From contig NW_018407887.1 in the NCBI RefSeq assembly GCF_002113885.1, positions 1-64,000 on the forward strand: a DNA stretch of 64,000 bases, read 5' to 3'. The DNA comes from Mizuhopecten yessoensis. Taxonomy: Eukaryota. Shown here one piece after another: positions 52,701 through 64,000 of this stretch (within the stretch, counting starts at the first letter, position 1; every line of letters starts with the position of its first letter). The notes below the pieces were generated by a model. It was not told the DNA's origin. It searched no databases and saw only the letters and a list, made by a program, of their open reading frames with translations. The translations under genes were made by a program, and so were the position numbers.

Positions 52701-55700
52701 ATTCCTTAGCTGCAGATCGTGAGTCTTATTCTTCAGTTGGTAAAAAGAATGAGTTATGTTTAATTAGCTTCAGTACATTGACATTGACTATCAGACAGAC
52801 GTCACAGATGTATACCATGTTTTATATGTATACGTGTCACACAGGCCTCGTTAACAAACGACTAACATTAGCTCTCTCTAAACTAAATGGAACCCTTGCT
52901 TTGGACTATGACTGGTTCACGATTTAAATATTCAAAGGAAGAAGACATTCACGGCTTGCTTTAGTATACGCGTAGAAAAGCGTCTGTTTTATAGGAGGGC
53001 ACGCTGAGTAGTGAAATATCGATCCCTTTCCGATGCATCAACCACGAATTAATTTCCCAATGTACCCCAAATATTGTATTATACACTGTAATTGTTATTT
53101 GGACAAACAAACCTGTATGTTTAACACCGTATGGTAGTGTCATTATATAACATTGCCTCGTTCAGACAATCAGGCAATTAATGCAATTATATGATTGTTG
53201 ACGTCATCATTATTATGACGTCATAATCTTCAAGTTGTATAACACTGATATTTCCTGGACAGATGACTGTTCTATTCATCAACCAAATATAGATAATATT
53301 TGAACTCAATACTGAATGATAATAGGTGTAATATAAATTTTCAATTAGGTAAACAGATTAAAAAAATGGTAAATATAAGCACGGAACTGTTTTCAGTTGG
53401 CATTCATATGCAATATGAATAACCATCGGACAAAAAGCGAATCCACCCTAGCACACTTCTTGAATCCGTCTTTGTCCAGTTGACATTCCTATTGTTATGA
53501 ATGTTAACTAAAAGCAGTTCTGTGCTTAAATGACATTTGATTCAGTCTGTAGGGTGAATTGATGTCTCCAAAGCTATATCGTCTAATGTAATGACATAGC
53601 TGCAAAAGATGCTAGCTTCTTAATATTAAAAGGTGGCAATATTGAAGAATCTTTCAAATTTAATAGAAGCAAATGAATATCATTACAAAATATATGTTTA
53701 AAAAATGTCATATCCTTTTGTGTTTCTAATGTGAAACACATGTTTGAATTCTGACAATAAACTATTGTTGTAAGGGTTAATCACCATTGGTCACAGAGCA
53801 CTTTAAGGTGTATTTAAATCAAAAGGTTTATCGATTTCTGTTCTCGTCAGTTTCTACAGGACATGTTATAATACTAATTTTGTTTAATAGGCCCACTCTT
53901 TTCCTTCAGATTATAAATCTTACCATCCAGGAATTATATATTCGTAGCTTGAAAGTGAGTGTCCTAGTGATGGGCCGCAAAGCCGACAGAAAGATGTACG
54001 GGAAAGTTACTCTAAGCCAATAAAAGCGCTCCTTTTGGTTGCTTTATCTTCTGTTCAGAAGGGATTACTTTCCTAGCAAAACAACCTCTTTTCCGAGATT
54101 ATAACTGATGCATTCGTACCATGTTCCTGACAAAACAGTTTTTTTGTTGTGTAGAGCGATCAACCGCGACAGGCGTGGGGCAGCCAGATAGAGTTTATCT
54201 TGACCTGTGTAGGATACGCTGTGGGCCTTGGCAACGTCTGGAGGTTTCCATATCTGTGTTTTAAAAACGGCGGAGGTAAGTGTAAAGCAGTTATATCAAT
54301 ATATATTATGTCTTTCTAGACTGAATACTGAAAGGAAAAGTTCATATTTTGATCTTATGACTGAAAATTATGTTTGAGGTGAAAGTACGAATATTAAAAC
54401 GAAAGTCACCATGGAGTTTCAATACAGACGAGGAAGTTAAGCCCTAGAGAAATTGTAATGGATGTGTATATTATGCTGATAAAGCTTATACTTCCATAAT
54501 TTGAACTTTTCCGTCAAAATAAATTATTCACTGTTCGATTTATTAACATTTTTGTGTGTGTTTTTATACAGGTGCCTTTCTGATTCCATATGTCATCTGC
54601 CTCCTATTGGTTGGAATTCCTATATTTTACCTCGAGCTAAGCTTAGGACAGTTTGCAAGTCTTGGACCCTTAAAAGTATGGACCATCAATCCTGCACTCA
54701 AAGGTTTGTAGAGGTGTAAAAGTATCCAGATGCTTCTATCTGTCGCCTAAATTGCACGAAGATTGCGATTCATACTTTCTCTTCACTATTTAGAAAATGT
54801 AAAAAGTGCTTCAATGTACAGAGGGATTTACCAACATAAGTATTTTAAACTTCATCGACTTGGAATCACTCTTATGGAAATTTATTTAACTGCAATAATA
54901 CCATTTTTTACGCTTTCTGTCATCAACAATGTTAATGGAACAGGTAAACGTAGAATATGGTATCAGACATAATTGAAATTCGATTTTTTCAATTAAACTA
55001 TTTGATTTTGTATAACAAAACCCATATTTAAAACAGATTTCCCCACAACTAACTCATGAATGGTTTTACTACGCCAGTGTATGTCAACAGTGTTAGTTTT
55101 ACCTTTTCTTCAACCTGGTAATATATAACATCATTTTCCTACTTGCTCATTGGTTGCTATAAGATATTGACTGGTTGTTACTGGTTTAAAAAACGGCGGG
55201 TTAATTTTCTCTTTTTTTCGTCATTTCAATATCACAAAACTCTTTGCCAATTGTAGTACTCATTTATTGAGTTTCATAGGTTCTATCTTGTTTAATGATA
55301 AATAGCGGACATAGTTAAATTCTGATATCACATTATATCGTCTCGATCAGTATATCTCTCCGTTTTATATAACAACATATTCACCTAAAAATCATAATTG
55401 ATCAATATTAGTTTTTTTACTATTACAGGTCTTGGTATGTGTTTGGTCATCATTCCCGCCATGATCTCAATTTATTACAACGTCGTCATCGCGTATTGCA
55501 TCTACTACTTCTTTGCATCGATGACGTCGGCACTTCCGTGGGTTACATGTGACAATAGCTGGAACACGTGTGACTGTCACGATAGCACCCTAAATATGTC
55601 CTTGGCAGACCCCTGGCAAGGATCAAGGCCAGAGTGTTGTAAGTGAAGTTTACTTAATGTTCAAGTCGTGTATAATCTGGATACTAAGTGGTTCATTATG

Positions 55701-58700
55701 AATTTTTTTCTTCATATTTCACCAGTCATAAAATCTCGAAATATATTTGATATTGAACGAATTGAATTTACAACGTATTAAGGTTTCCTAACAAAGCAGG
55801 TTACTCACCACTTAACATCCCTTAATGAACAAGTCCCACCCCCACCTCCACCCCCACCCACCCCACCCCCATCCCCCAAAAAGAAAAGCTTTTTATCTTG
55901 GCAACTGTAAAAAAAATGCAGTTGTATTACGATGATACAGGAACCCTCGCTTTTAACATATAGTGTCATGTGTCTGCAAAAATATTATGTAACGTTTTTC
56001 TATTTATATGAATTGTCTTGATTACTTTTAGATAAGTTATATACCTATTGACCAAGGCAGACGCAGTCTTGAGTTCGACCGAAGTAGATATGCAGTATAC
56101 ATCTGTAGCTTAACTCGTGTTCTATTTGATTAGAAAATATACAATAAAACTTATGCGTATGTAATACATTTACATCAATGTTAAAAAGCCTTCTTATATA
56201 TATATATATATATATATTATTTGTTTTGTTTATATTCAGTAAACTATACAAGCAATACGACGACCAGTGCAAGTGAAGAGTACTTCTTGTGAGTATCGTT
56301 TCTGGAAAAGTCCAAGTGTCTTAACGTTATATCTGATATTTATAAAATAATGTGCTACATATTTGTTTCCTTACCATATTTGACCTTGATATTGCTAGAG
56401 TGTATGACTGATTGACTCTGACCATACGTATGTCTGATTGACCCTGACCATACGTATGTCTGATTGACCCTGACCATACGTATGTCTGATTGACCCTGAC
56501 CATACGTATGTCTGATTGACCCTGACCATACGTATGTCTGATTGACCCTGACCATACGTATGTCTGATTGACCCTGACCATACGTATGTCTGATTGACCC
56601 TGACCATACGTATGTCTGATTGACCCTGACCATACGTATGTCTGATTGACCCTGACCATACGTATGACTGATTGACCCTGACTATACGTATTACTGATTG
56701 ACCCTGACCATACGTATGACTGTTTGACCTTGACCATACGTATGTCTGATTGACCCTGACCATACGTATATCTGATTTACCCTGACCATACGTATGTCTG
56801 ATTGACCCTGACCATACGTATGTCTGATTGATCCTGACTATAGGTATGACTGATTGACCCTGACTATACGTATGTCTGATTGACTCTGACCATACGTATG
56901 ACTGATTGACCCTGACCATACGTATGTCTGATGTCTATTATATAGAAGTTCATCTATAGTGATTGCAATTTCCCTTGTATGATCATTAAACATTTGTTAA
57001 ATCTGTCCAATTTGTTATACTAAATATCACCTCATGGTTCTTATAGCAATAGCAACTTAAGACCGAATGGTATAGAAAATATTCCAGCAGTATGTGACTA
57101 CAAAAGACTAATATAATTTCTCACTCCCTTTGGGGTGAGATAGGGGAATTTCAACCCGAGGGGGAACATTCTTCAGTTGCCAAACACGAGGCTGTGCCGA
57201 GTGTTTGGCAACTTATAGAATCTTTCCCCGATTGTTTAGCTTCCTCTATCTTACCCACAAGGGGGTGAATGATTCTTTTTCTCTTACCCTGTTCTCCCAT
57301 TGTGTATCATATACACAATGTAATGACAACGTTACATGCTAAGTTCAGGGTTGACGTGTCGTTGAGGGATTGTTGACGTGACGTCATTGTATTGTTGCGG
57401 TGACGTCATACCATTGTTATGAATAGGGCAAACCCCGCAGTCTCAACCCTAGGGTGAGATAAGGAAATCCCGCACCGGTAAAAGTGCGGATACACATGTC
57501 CAGGGTAAGAGCAAATGCTATCTTTGCCTAATATCGCAGTCTATTGAAACCAAAATGTGATGTTAAAAGACTTCAAAAAGCCGTAAGTATCAGTCAAACA
57601 AAGATGCACGTTAAAAAAAAATTGTTAAAGATAGATTATGCCAAATATGAATTTCATTGCACCATGCAACTCGTTTGTCCTTATTTGACTCATCAATCAT
57701 GCTAGGGGCCAAATCGTTAAAATTCCAGATTGTATCATTGACTGTATAAAAAGAGGGGCAGTTCTAATTGAATTAAATCATTAGTAAAGTGTGCAAATTA
57801 GGAACCGCGCAACTCCTTAAAAAGGAGATTACTGTGGCCATTAAGGTTACGGGAAACTTTAGGGACTAGAAATACCACCAGCAGAGTGTACTGCCTTTTA
57901 TTTGGAAAGATGAAGGTACTACACAGATATGTCGTGTTTGCGTTGCGCATGTCTAATAACATACATTTAAATAATACTTAAATTTTCTTCTTATAATTCC
58001 TCATTGTAACCGTTAGGCATACCGGTATATAAAATAACAGTATTACACATAGTTAATAGATCAATCAATGTTTTGCATACCTGGAAAACTGAATAAAAAT
58101 AATAATACACATGTTAGTAATATGGGGAAAAAAGGCTAATTAAAACGAATTTCAAAAAAGAAGTGATCGAGTTGATTTATTGAGTATTCGTTACTTTTTC
58201 GGAACAGCGAGAAGGTTTTAGGAAGGTCAGGCGGAATTGGTGAGCCGGGAAACGTGAAATGGGATGTCATGCTTTGTAACCTATTGGGATGGTTTATTGT
58301 CTTCCTAGTCCTGTCAAAAGGTATCCAGTCTCTGGGAAAGGTAAGATTTCTTCTTCCTACATGTATCATGTAAATGTGTTCATTCCCTTGGCGAGTAATT
58401 ACGTGTACCTCTTCTAGTAATTCAATCATTAATTCAATTTCCAATCAATGCCAGATCACCTTTAACATTATGGAATCTATTCTTTCGAAAATATTTGATG
58501 GTGTTAATAACTTAGATGTTATTTTATAGTTATCAACATTTTCTTGATCCTGTTATTATTGGCATTGTCTTCATATCTTTGTTGTTACATGCAGTATATA
58601 ATGTTGAAATTCAAGACGATCATTAATATGGAATTTCCTGTATTCACATTGGTTTAGACAATTTTATTGATACCATGTAACTGTTTTTACATTAAGAGTA

Positions 58701-61700
58701 AATCAGTTAATAAAATGAAAATACTGTACGTATTCTTATTATAATACATTTTGTATTTTTTACTTCAATTACATTAAATTACTTAAATGTTAACCATTGT
58801 TTGTTTTAGATAAACTTTTTTTTTTAAATATATCCTAACTTCAGATTTCGAGTGATAATCACATATGCTTACTGCAGGGTTACAGTATTTCACAGCTATT
58901 ATACAATGTAATTACCCTAAGAAACTTCATTTTCGCAAATGAGCTACAAACGACTTCTTTGAACTTACAAATTCGTTAAAAAATCATTATTTAATACTTG
59001 TTTCTTTGTCTTGGTCCTAAGGTATTCGCAAAAGCCTGGTTCATATAAGGACGGTTGCCTAGGGAGACACCGCCTGAGTTAAAAGTAGAAAGAAAAGGAA
59101 TAAGACAGGAAAGATAGGAAACGAAAAAAAGTGATGCAATGGGGGCAGCAGATCAATTTTGTGTTTTTCCATATTCCCTTCGGAAAAGAACCGGAGGAAA
59201 AACCCCTATCATGAATGGAGCCTATATTAGTCGCCGCTTACAATCATGCAGTGTGATAAAGCAGGCCTATTCTTTCCCCGAATTTGCACGGGTTTTTTTA
59301 ATACCTTTTTGAGTAAACATGATATATCGATCTCGTTAAGTACACTATTTATATAATAGTTTTGCATACTAAATAATATCCAGTGCCTTTGTGTTGTGCT
59401 TTTGTAGGTGGTATATTTCTCGGCCATCTTTCCGTATGTACTGCTGACGGTCCTTCTAGTCCGTGGACTCACACTTGATGGCTACTACGACGGGATCATG
59501 TTCTACATTACACCCGACTGGGACAAAGTCGCAAACGCTAATGTGAGTTATTGTAGATGTCATGTCGATTATAAAAGAGAACGTTCCATTTCTTGATCAG
59601 GGAAAACGTCACCGACGCTAATGTGAGTTATTGTAGCTGTCATGTCGATTTTCAAAGAGAACGTTCCATTTCTTGATCAGGGAAAACGTCACCGACGCTA
59701 ATGTGAGTTATTGTAGATGTCATGTCGATTATAAAAGAGAACGTTCCATTTCTTGATGTGGGTTCTAGTAGCTGTCATGTCGATTATCAAAGAGAACGTT
59801 CCATTTCTTAATCAGGGAAAACGTCACCGACGCTAATGTGGGTTATAGTAGATGTGATGTCGATTATCAAAGAAAACGTTTCATTACTTAATCTTGGACA
59901 AAGTCGCCAACACTTGTGTGGGTTCAAGTAGATGAGATATTGTTTCTGAATGAGAGAGTTCCAGTTCTAAAACTGAGATGAATTCGTTGATGCGTAAACT
60001 TATTTTTGGATTACACCATTATCTCCAAATATAGAAGGAATTCTTTATTTTGACTAGGAAAATTAATTTGAGTGCAACGCTATTTCGGTTTTTAGAATTT
60101 GCATCTTTGAAATGATTGTAATCATTTTTGACAAATAAATATTTCACATTATCGTCACTGATTCACTTAAAATTGTTTCCCTGAATTAAGTTAATGCTAT
60201 CTACTCTAAAGTAAGTAACAAATTAAATTGATATATATGTATGTATATGTATAAATATAGTTAGTCAAAATTGCACATCGTATGGTAAACAAGCAATCCC
60301 TATTCCTGCGTTGAAGCATTTTGTTGTTTTGTTTTCTAACCTGCTTTCTAAATTACTGTGGATTTTTGAAGGACTGTTTGTATGATCAGTGAAATTCACA
60401 TTTTGCAAATTGTATCGATTACTAGATTTTAAAGATGCAGTCTGCTTGTGTTTGTGCTACGTTCATTTTTCAAAAAAAAGATAAATCATTTACTTTAGCA
60501 GTTGTTGGTGAACATTAACGCAAAGAAACACATTGAATCAAATAAAAGTATGCGATTTGTGTTTTTATGTACGAATTATAAGTTTCATCGCTTTCAATTC
60601 TGTTCATTCAAGGTATGGAGTGACGCTGCCACACAGATCTTCTTCTCACTCAGCGCATGTCAGGGAGGACTTATAGCTATGGCCAGTTACAATAAGTTCA
60701 CAAATCTTACCTTAAGGTTAGTTTTACCGTGTTATTGGGTTTCTTTTATTAACAGTAAGTCAATAAACAAAACGACTTAAAGTAAGGCAAAACAGTGTGT
60801 TGACGGAAAGAAGTTTAGAAGTTCTCTGATGATTTCCCACTGATGTTCGCGAATTTTATCATTCTTATACTTTTCGTGAGTTTAAATTACAAGAAAAGCT
60901 GAATGCATGAATATTTTCAGATGCTATATGATATACTTTAAGTTGTAGTAAATTACGTTTGGATTGAAACTTTGTAATCTTGTGTGAAGGGGAGATATAT
61001 CTAGGTGAAAAGGGTAGTTGACATTTGGGTAGATGTGAACACGAAACACCCAAATTACCTTTTTTATAAAAACATTGAACTGTTTTTTTCTGGATGTTTC
61101 GGATTCTAATCATGTTGGTGAAAATTTCATATTTCAAATCCTGATATGTTTTAATATGTTGCTAAAAATCAACTGGAACATATACTTAAAATTGAAAGTA
61201 GTAAGAAATGTTTCCAATAGATCAATTCAATAGGTATGTCGCATACTCGTAGAATAAAACATCAATTTTGTCGATTACATAATAATGTTAACATATGTTT
61301 CAAAGGATTCTGTAAAAAGATAAATCATATAAATATTTGTACATATAAACATTAATTTAGACAATTTAGTTCGACGTAAGAAAAAACTGTAGCAGTCTTG
61401 TCCTAATTAAGCTATTCATTACAGGGATGCTTTGCTCGTGCCGGTAATCAACTGTTTAACCAGTTTTTACGCCGGGTTTGCCATTTTTTCCGTACTTGGA
61501 TTCATGGCATACTCGAAGGGTGTGTCTGTGGAAGATGTCGCTACCGGTGGTAAGTTTATAATTTCTCACACATGTTTGTCTGAATTGAAGCCCCAAAAGT
61601 ATCATGGGAAAGAGTCTTCCAAATGAAATAATCAGCCACAATGTTTGATAAGACATTTAAGCGGTGAAGCATTATTTGTTTTAAAATATTAGTTTTAGTT

Positions 61701-63741
61701 GTTTCCATTAAACTTAACGGAACTGGCAGCAGTTATAATAATACTAATAATAAACTTTATTTATCGAGGATAAAATACAAGTTTAGCCAAAGGCTTATCT
61801 TCCACATGGTCCTCTTGTTAGTAAAATACATAGGTTGATAAAATAACATTTTTACGCAATCGATATATAAGTAAACATGGTAATCTTGCTAATAAAACAT
61901 GTGCTAGTTAAAAGTTACATATATATTGATGCAATCGACATATATAAGGTTATATCACAGTTATTTTAGTTAAGAGTATCACCGAATGCATAAAGTTTCA
62001 TGCAAAGGTATTTCATCAATTAAATGGCATGTACCTAATATACATACATGCTAATATAGCAAACAATAAAAATTGATATAGTTATAAGCTAATATACTAT
62101 AATCTAAAATATTAATATAATTTAGATAAGAAGTCTATTTAGAAAGTAACAAGTTTTGGTTACATGGAGAAACAAGTTAAAATCTAAGACATTGCTATAC
62201 AGTATTTAGTAAGTTTTCGTTTGAAAGTGGTAAAATTGTTTATTTTCTTTAGGTCACTGGGTAAAACATTCCAGTCGTTAATACTGTTAATAAAAAAGTG
62301 TCTGGAATGATAAAACAGTTCTGTGTTTTGGTACATTATAATTATTTTCAATAGCAAATCTTGTATTCCTACAGTGACCATCTCGCACTAGAGACACACT
62401 ATTTGATAAATATTCAGGTACTACCTGATGATGACATTTATAAAGCATGCACAACCTTCTGTAGCAGTTCAAACCTTTCAAAAAGACACGGTTTAAATAC
62501 AATCTTGCAGTGAATTTTAGCAATATATACTACTGTGTAGAAAAGTTTTAACAGTTTCCATATTGCCTGAGTGGGCATACAGTTGTAATTGCTACATGTA
62601 TATGGGCCTGCGTTCATGAATCCATTCACATGCTCAAGCAAGTGATTTGTGATCAAACAAACCATTTTGTAGCTTGCCTGAATCATGTTGAATAGTTAAA
62701 TTGACGTATAGAAAAAGGAAAACTGCATATGACCCTTAGTCTCTTCAAATTTCTCATAGAAATTATCACTGCAATATAAACAACTATTTCATGAATAGAG
62801 ACCATTGAAACGACTTGGTATTTTAAATTCTTACTCTATATCAATACATTAAAGCATTACCGATTACCATCTGCAGCTTTCTTCATTTCACCAATAATTG
62901 TATTACTGTTTTAAGGTCCAGGTCTAGTATTCATTGTGTACCCAGAAGGCCTCTCACAGATGCCAGTTCCTACATTATGGGCCATCCTCTTCTTCTTCAT
63001 GATGATGACTCTTGGCTTCAGTTCTCAGGTAAATTCCCTAGACATTTAAGAAATACGATTTCTTATTGAAGTATGTCATACATAATCAACTTCATAATGA
63101 ACAATGCCGCATCTCTTTAATGGCCAATCCAATACCGAAATATAAAAAGTTCATACAAAAAAAAAAAAAAACCTACTTCCAATTCTCTTACTACATCTTC
63201 AGTTCTGTTTTTGTTGTGTGCCGCCATGATTTATTTCCTATTGATCTTGTGTCTCCGCGGTATATGTAATAGAACTGATTTCCGACTTCTTCCTTTTATG
63301 TTGACACTGGTTTAAATATTCTGATTGCTATTGTTTACAGTTTTCTATTGTGGAAGCTGTCATTACCGGTCTCATGGATCAGTTTAGCAATATCTTAAAC
63401 ACAAAATGGCGAAAGATTGGTTTCCGGTTTTTGATATGCCTCACTGGATTTTTGCTCGGACTGCCCATGGTCACAGAGGTAATTACTGAACGGTTTACTA
63501 TTGATTTCAAGCTACAATTTTTTATTTAATCCTAGAGAGCAATACGCACAAAAAAGAACACAAACAAGGGATAGGAAAACTTAATGTAACTATATTTGAC
63601 CGTGTTTGGGCAAACAGAATAACAATTCGTTGTGTTTGCAGGGAGGCTACTACATGTTTGAGATGACAGACCATTTCATCAGTGGGTTTCCTATGTTATT
63701 CATCGGACTTGCTGAGCTCATTGCCATCAACTTCATTTACG
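49739..63741 (+). CDS. SLC6 (neurotransmitter:sodium symporter) family Na+/Cl- dependent transporter, GlyT/proline-transporter-like; continues beyond the window. Exons 49739-49882, 54155-54275, 54572-54703, 55429-55638, 56240-56288, 58208-58340, 59408-59542, 60613-60716, 61425-61549, 62916-63028, 63341-63478, 63642-63741
   Basis: Hallmark motifs [127 protein letters not shown]. All junctions are GT-AG and phase-consistent. The first exon ([10 protein letters not shown]...NTSA|gtaagg, phase 0) is less certain than the rest. Confidence 0.95.
51086..51261. mobile_element. Palindromic MITE
   Basis: About 45-bp near-perfect TIRs: gcgtattgcagagttatcttctctt...ggtattgattgt / acaatcaatacc...aagagaagataactctgcaatacgc. 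Confidence 0.8.
51745..51968 (+). mobile_element. V-domain-type tRNA-derived SINE (internally deleted head)
   Basis: Head ggtgcagtggatagcgcacttgcctttcacc, V-SINE-like core gggttttctccgggtactccggtttcctcccaca, and tail aaataaataaag. Confidence 0.8.
53370..53535. mobile_element. Small inverted-repeat (MITE-like) element
   Basis: taagcacggaactgttttcagttggcattcata pairs with tatgaatgttaactaaaagcagttctgtgctta. Confidence 0.65.
56403..56932. repeat. 26-bp minisatellite, ~20 near-identical copies, in an SLC6 intron
   Basis: Unit tatgtctgattgaccctgaccatacg; explains the three repetitive ORFs at 56327-56919. Confidence 0.95.
57115..57515. mobile_element. Non-autonomous palindromic DNA element (same architecture as 42090-42455)
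   Basis: Hairpin gttgccaaacac-gaggctgtgccga-gtgtttggcaac within a longer imperfect palindrome; second inverted pair ctcttaccctg (~57280) / cagggtaagag (~57501). Confidence 0.65.
59030..59250 (-). mobile_element. Degenerate SINE-like copy related to 43235-43562
   Basis: Shared ctcaggcggtgtctccctagg..ccgtcc.tatatg block and the upstream pyrimidine-rich tract. Confidence 0.55.
59535..59935 (+). repeat. 80-bp tandem repeat that includes the SLC6 exon end and its splice donor (~5 copies)
   Basis: acgctaatgtgagttattgtag at 59535, 59615, 59695, with degenerate copies at ~59830 and ~59910. Confidence 0.9.
61735..62480 (-). mobile_element. Decayed 3' end of a CR1/L2-group LINE in an SLC6 intron
   Basis: Frameshifted [19 protein letters not shown]...[26 protein letters not shown]; 3' UTR ends in aataaagtttattatt. 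Confidence 0.7.
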
Positions 63742-63790
63742 GTAAGTGTATTACCTTGACATTTACGGTAAGTGTATTACCTTGACATTT
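63734..63790 (+). repeat. 26-bp tandem duplication spanning an SLC6 splice donor
   Basis: catttacggtaagtgtattaccttga at 63734-63759 and 63760-63785. Confidence 0.9.
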
Positions 63791-64000
63791 GTTAAACTCA
63801 ACACTTTCCTAGTGAATTCAGTGCTTTCCAGATATAAGTGTAACGTTTTCAAAGGGATGTTACTATCACAATAGCAATTTAATGTTTTTAGACAATATCA
63901 TTGATCTTTACGTTGTACGTCCTCCTTACAAGGAACTGGGAAAACATCAAAACGTGAGGAGATACCTCAGTAAACAAATGACCTTTAATAAACTCCCATG

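Noticed and set aside
56327-56919. Three overlapping repetitive ORFs ([12 protein letters not shown]...)
   Set aside because: By-products of the 26-bp minisatellite in an SLC6 intron.
5684-63269. Most remaining 60-170 aa ORFs in the track
   Set aside because: They are AT-rich intronic or intergenic, antisense to real exons, or repeat-derived, with no recognisable domains.

Overview
AT-rich, intron-rich animal genomic DNA. It is probably a mollusc or bivalve, which I infer from the C1q-domain gene cluster and the SINE/HINE/MITE types. Nearly all ORF-track entries are spurious or partial, so genes were rebuilt by hand from splice sites and reading phase. Contents: (1) 1-4831 (+): 3' part of a gene encoding a disordered, motif-rich region (PxxPxR, four NPF, many Tyr motifs) followed by an NHL-like beta-propeller, interrupted by an assembly gap. 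(2) 6.5-31 kb: a cluster of four secreted globular C1q-domain (C1qDC) units. Two single-exon gC1q units (A, B) appear to share one signal-peptide exon. Two multi-exon genes (C, D) lie head-to-head; gene C is absent from the ORF track. (3) 49.7 kb to the window end (+): an SLC6 Na+/Cl- dependent transporter of GlyT/PROT-like type, with 12 exons traced and unusual substrate/Na2-site residues. (4) Many repeats: tRNA-derived SINEs, LINE 3' ends, a Helentron-type HINE, palindromic MITEs and several minisatellites, two of which duplicate splice donors. The best leads are the shared-leader C1q exon arrangement, C-terminal amidation-like signals on C1qDC proteins, the NPF/pTyr scaffold-propeller protein, the atypical SLC6 binding site and a templated 13-bp patch inside a satellite. 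All protein-level calls rest on manual translation, not database searches.
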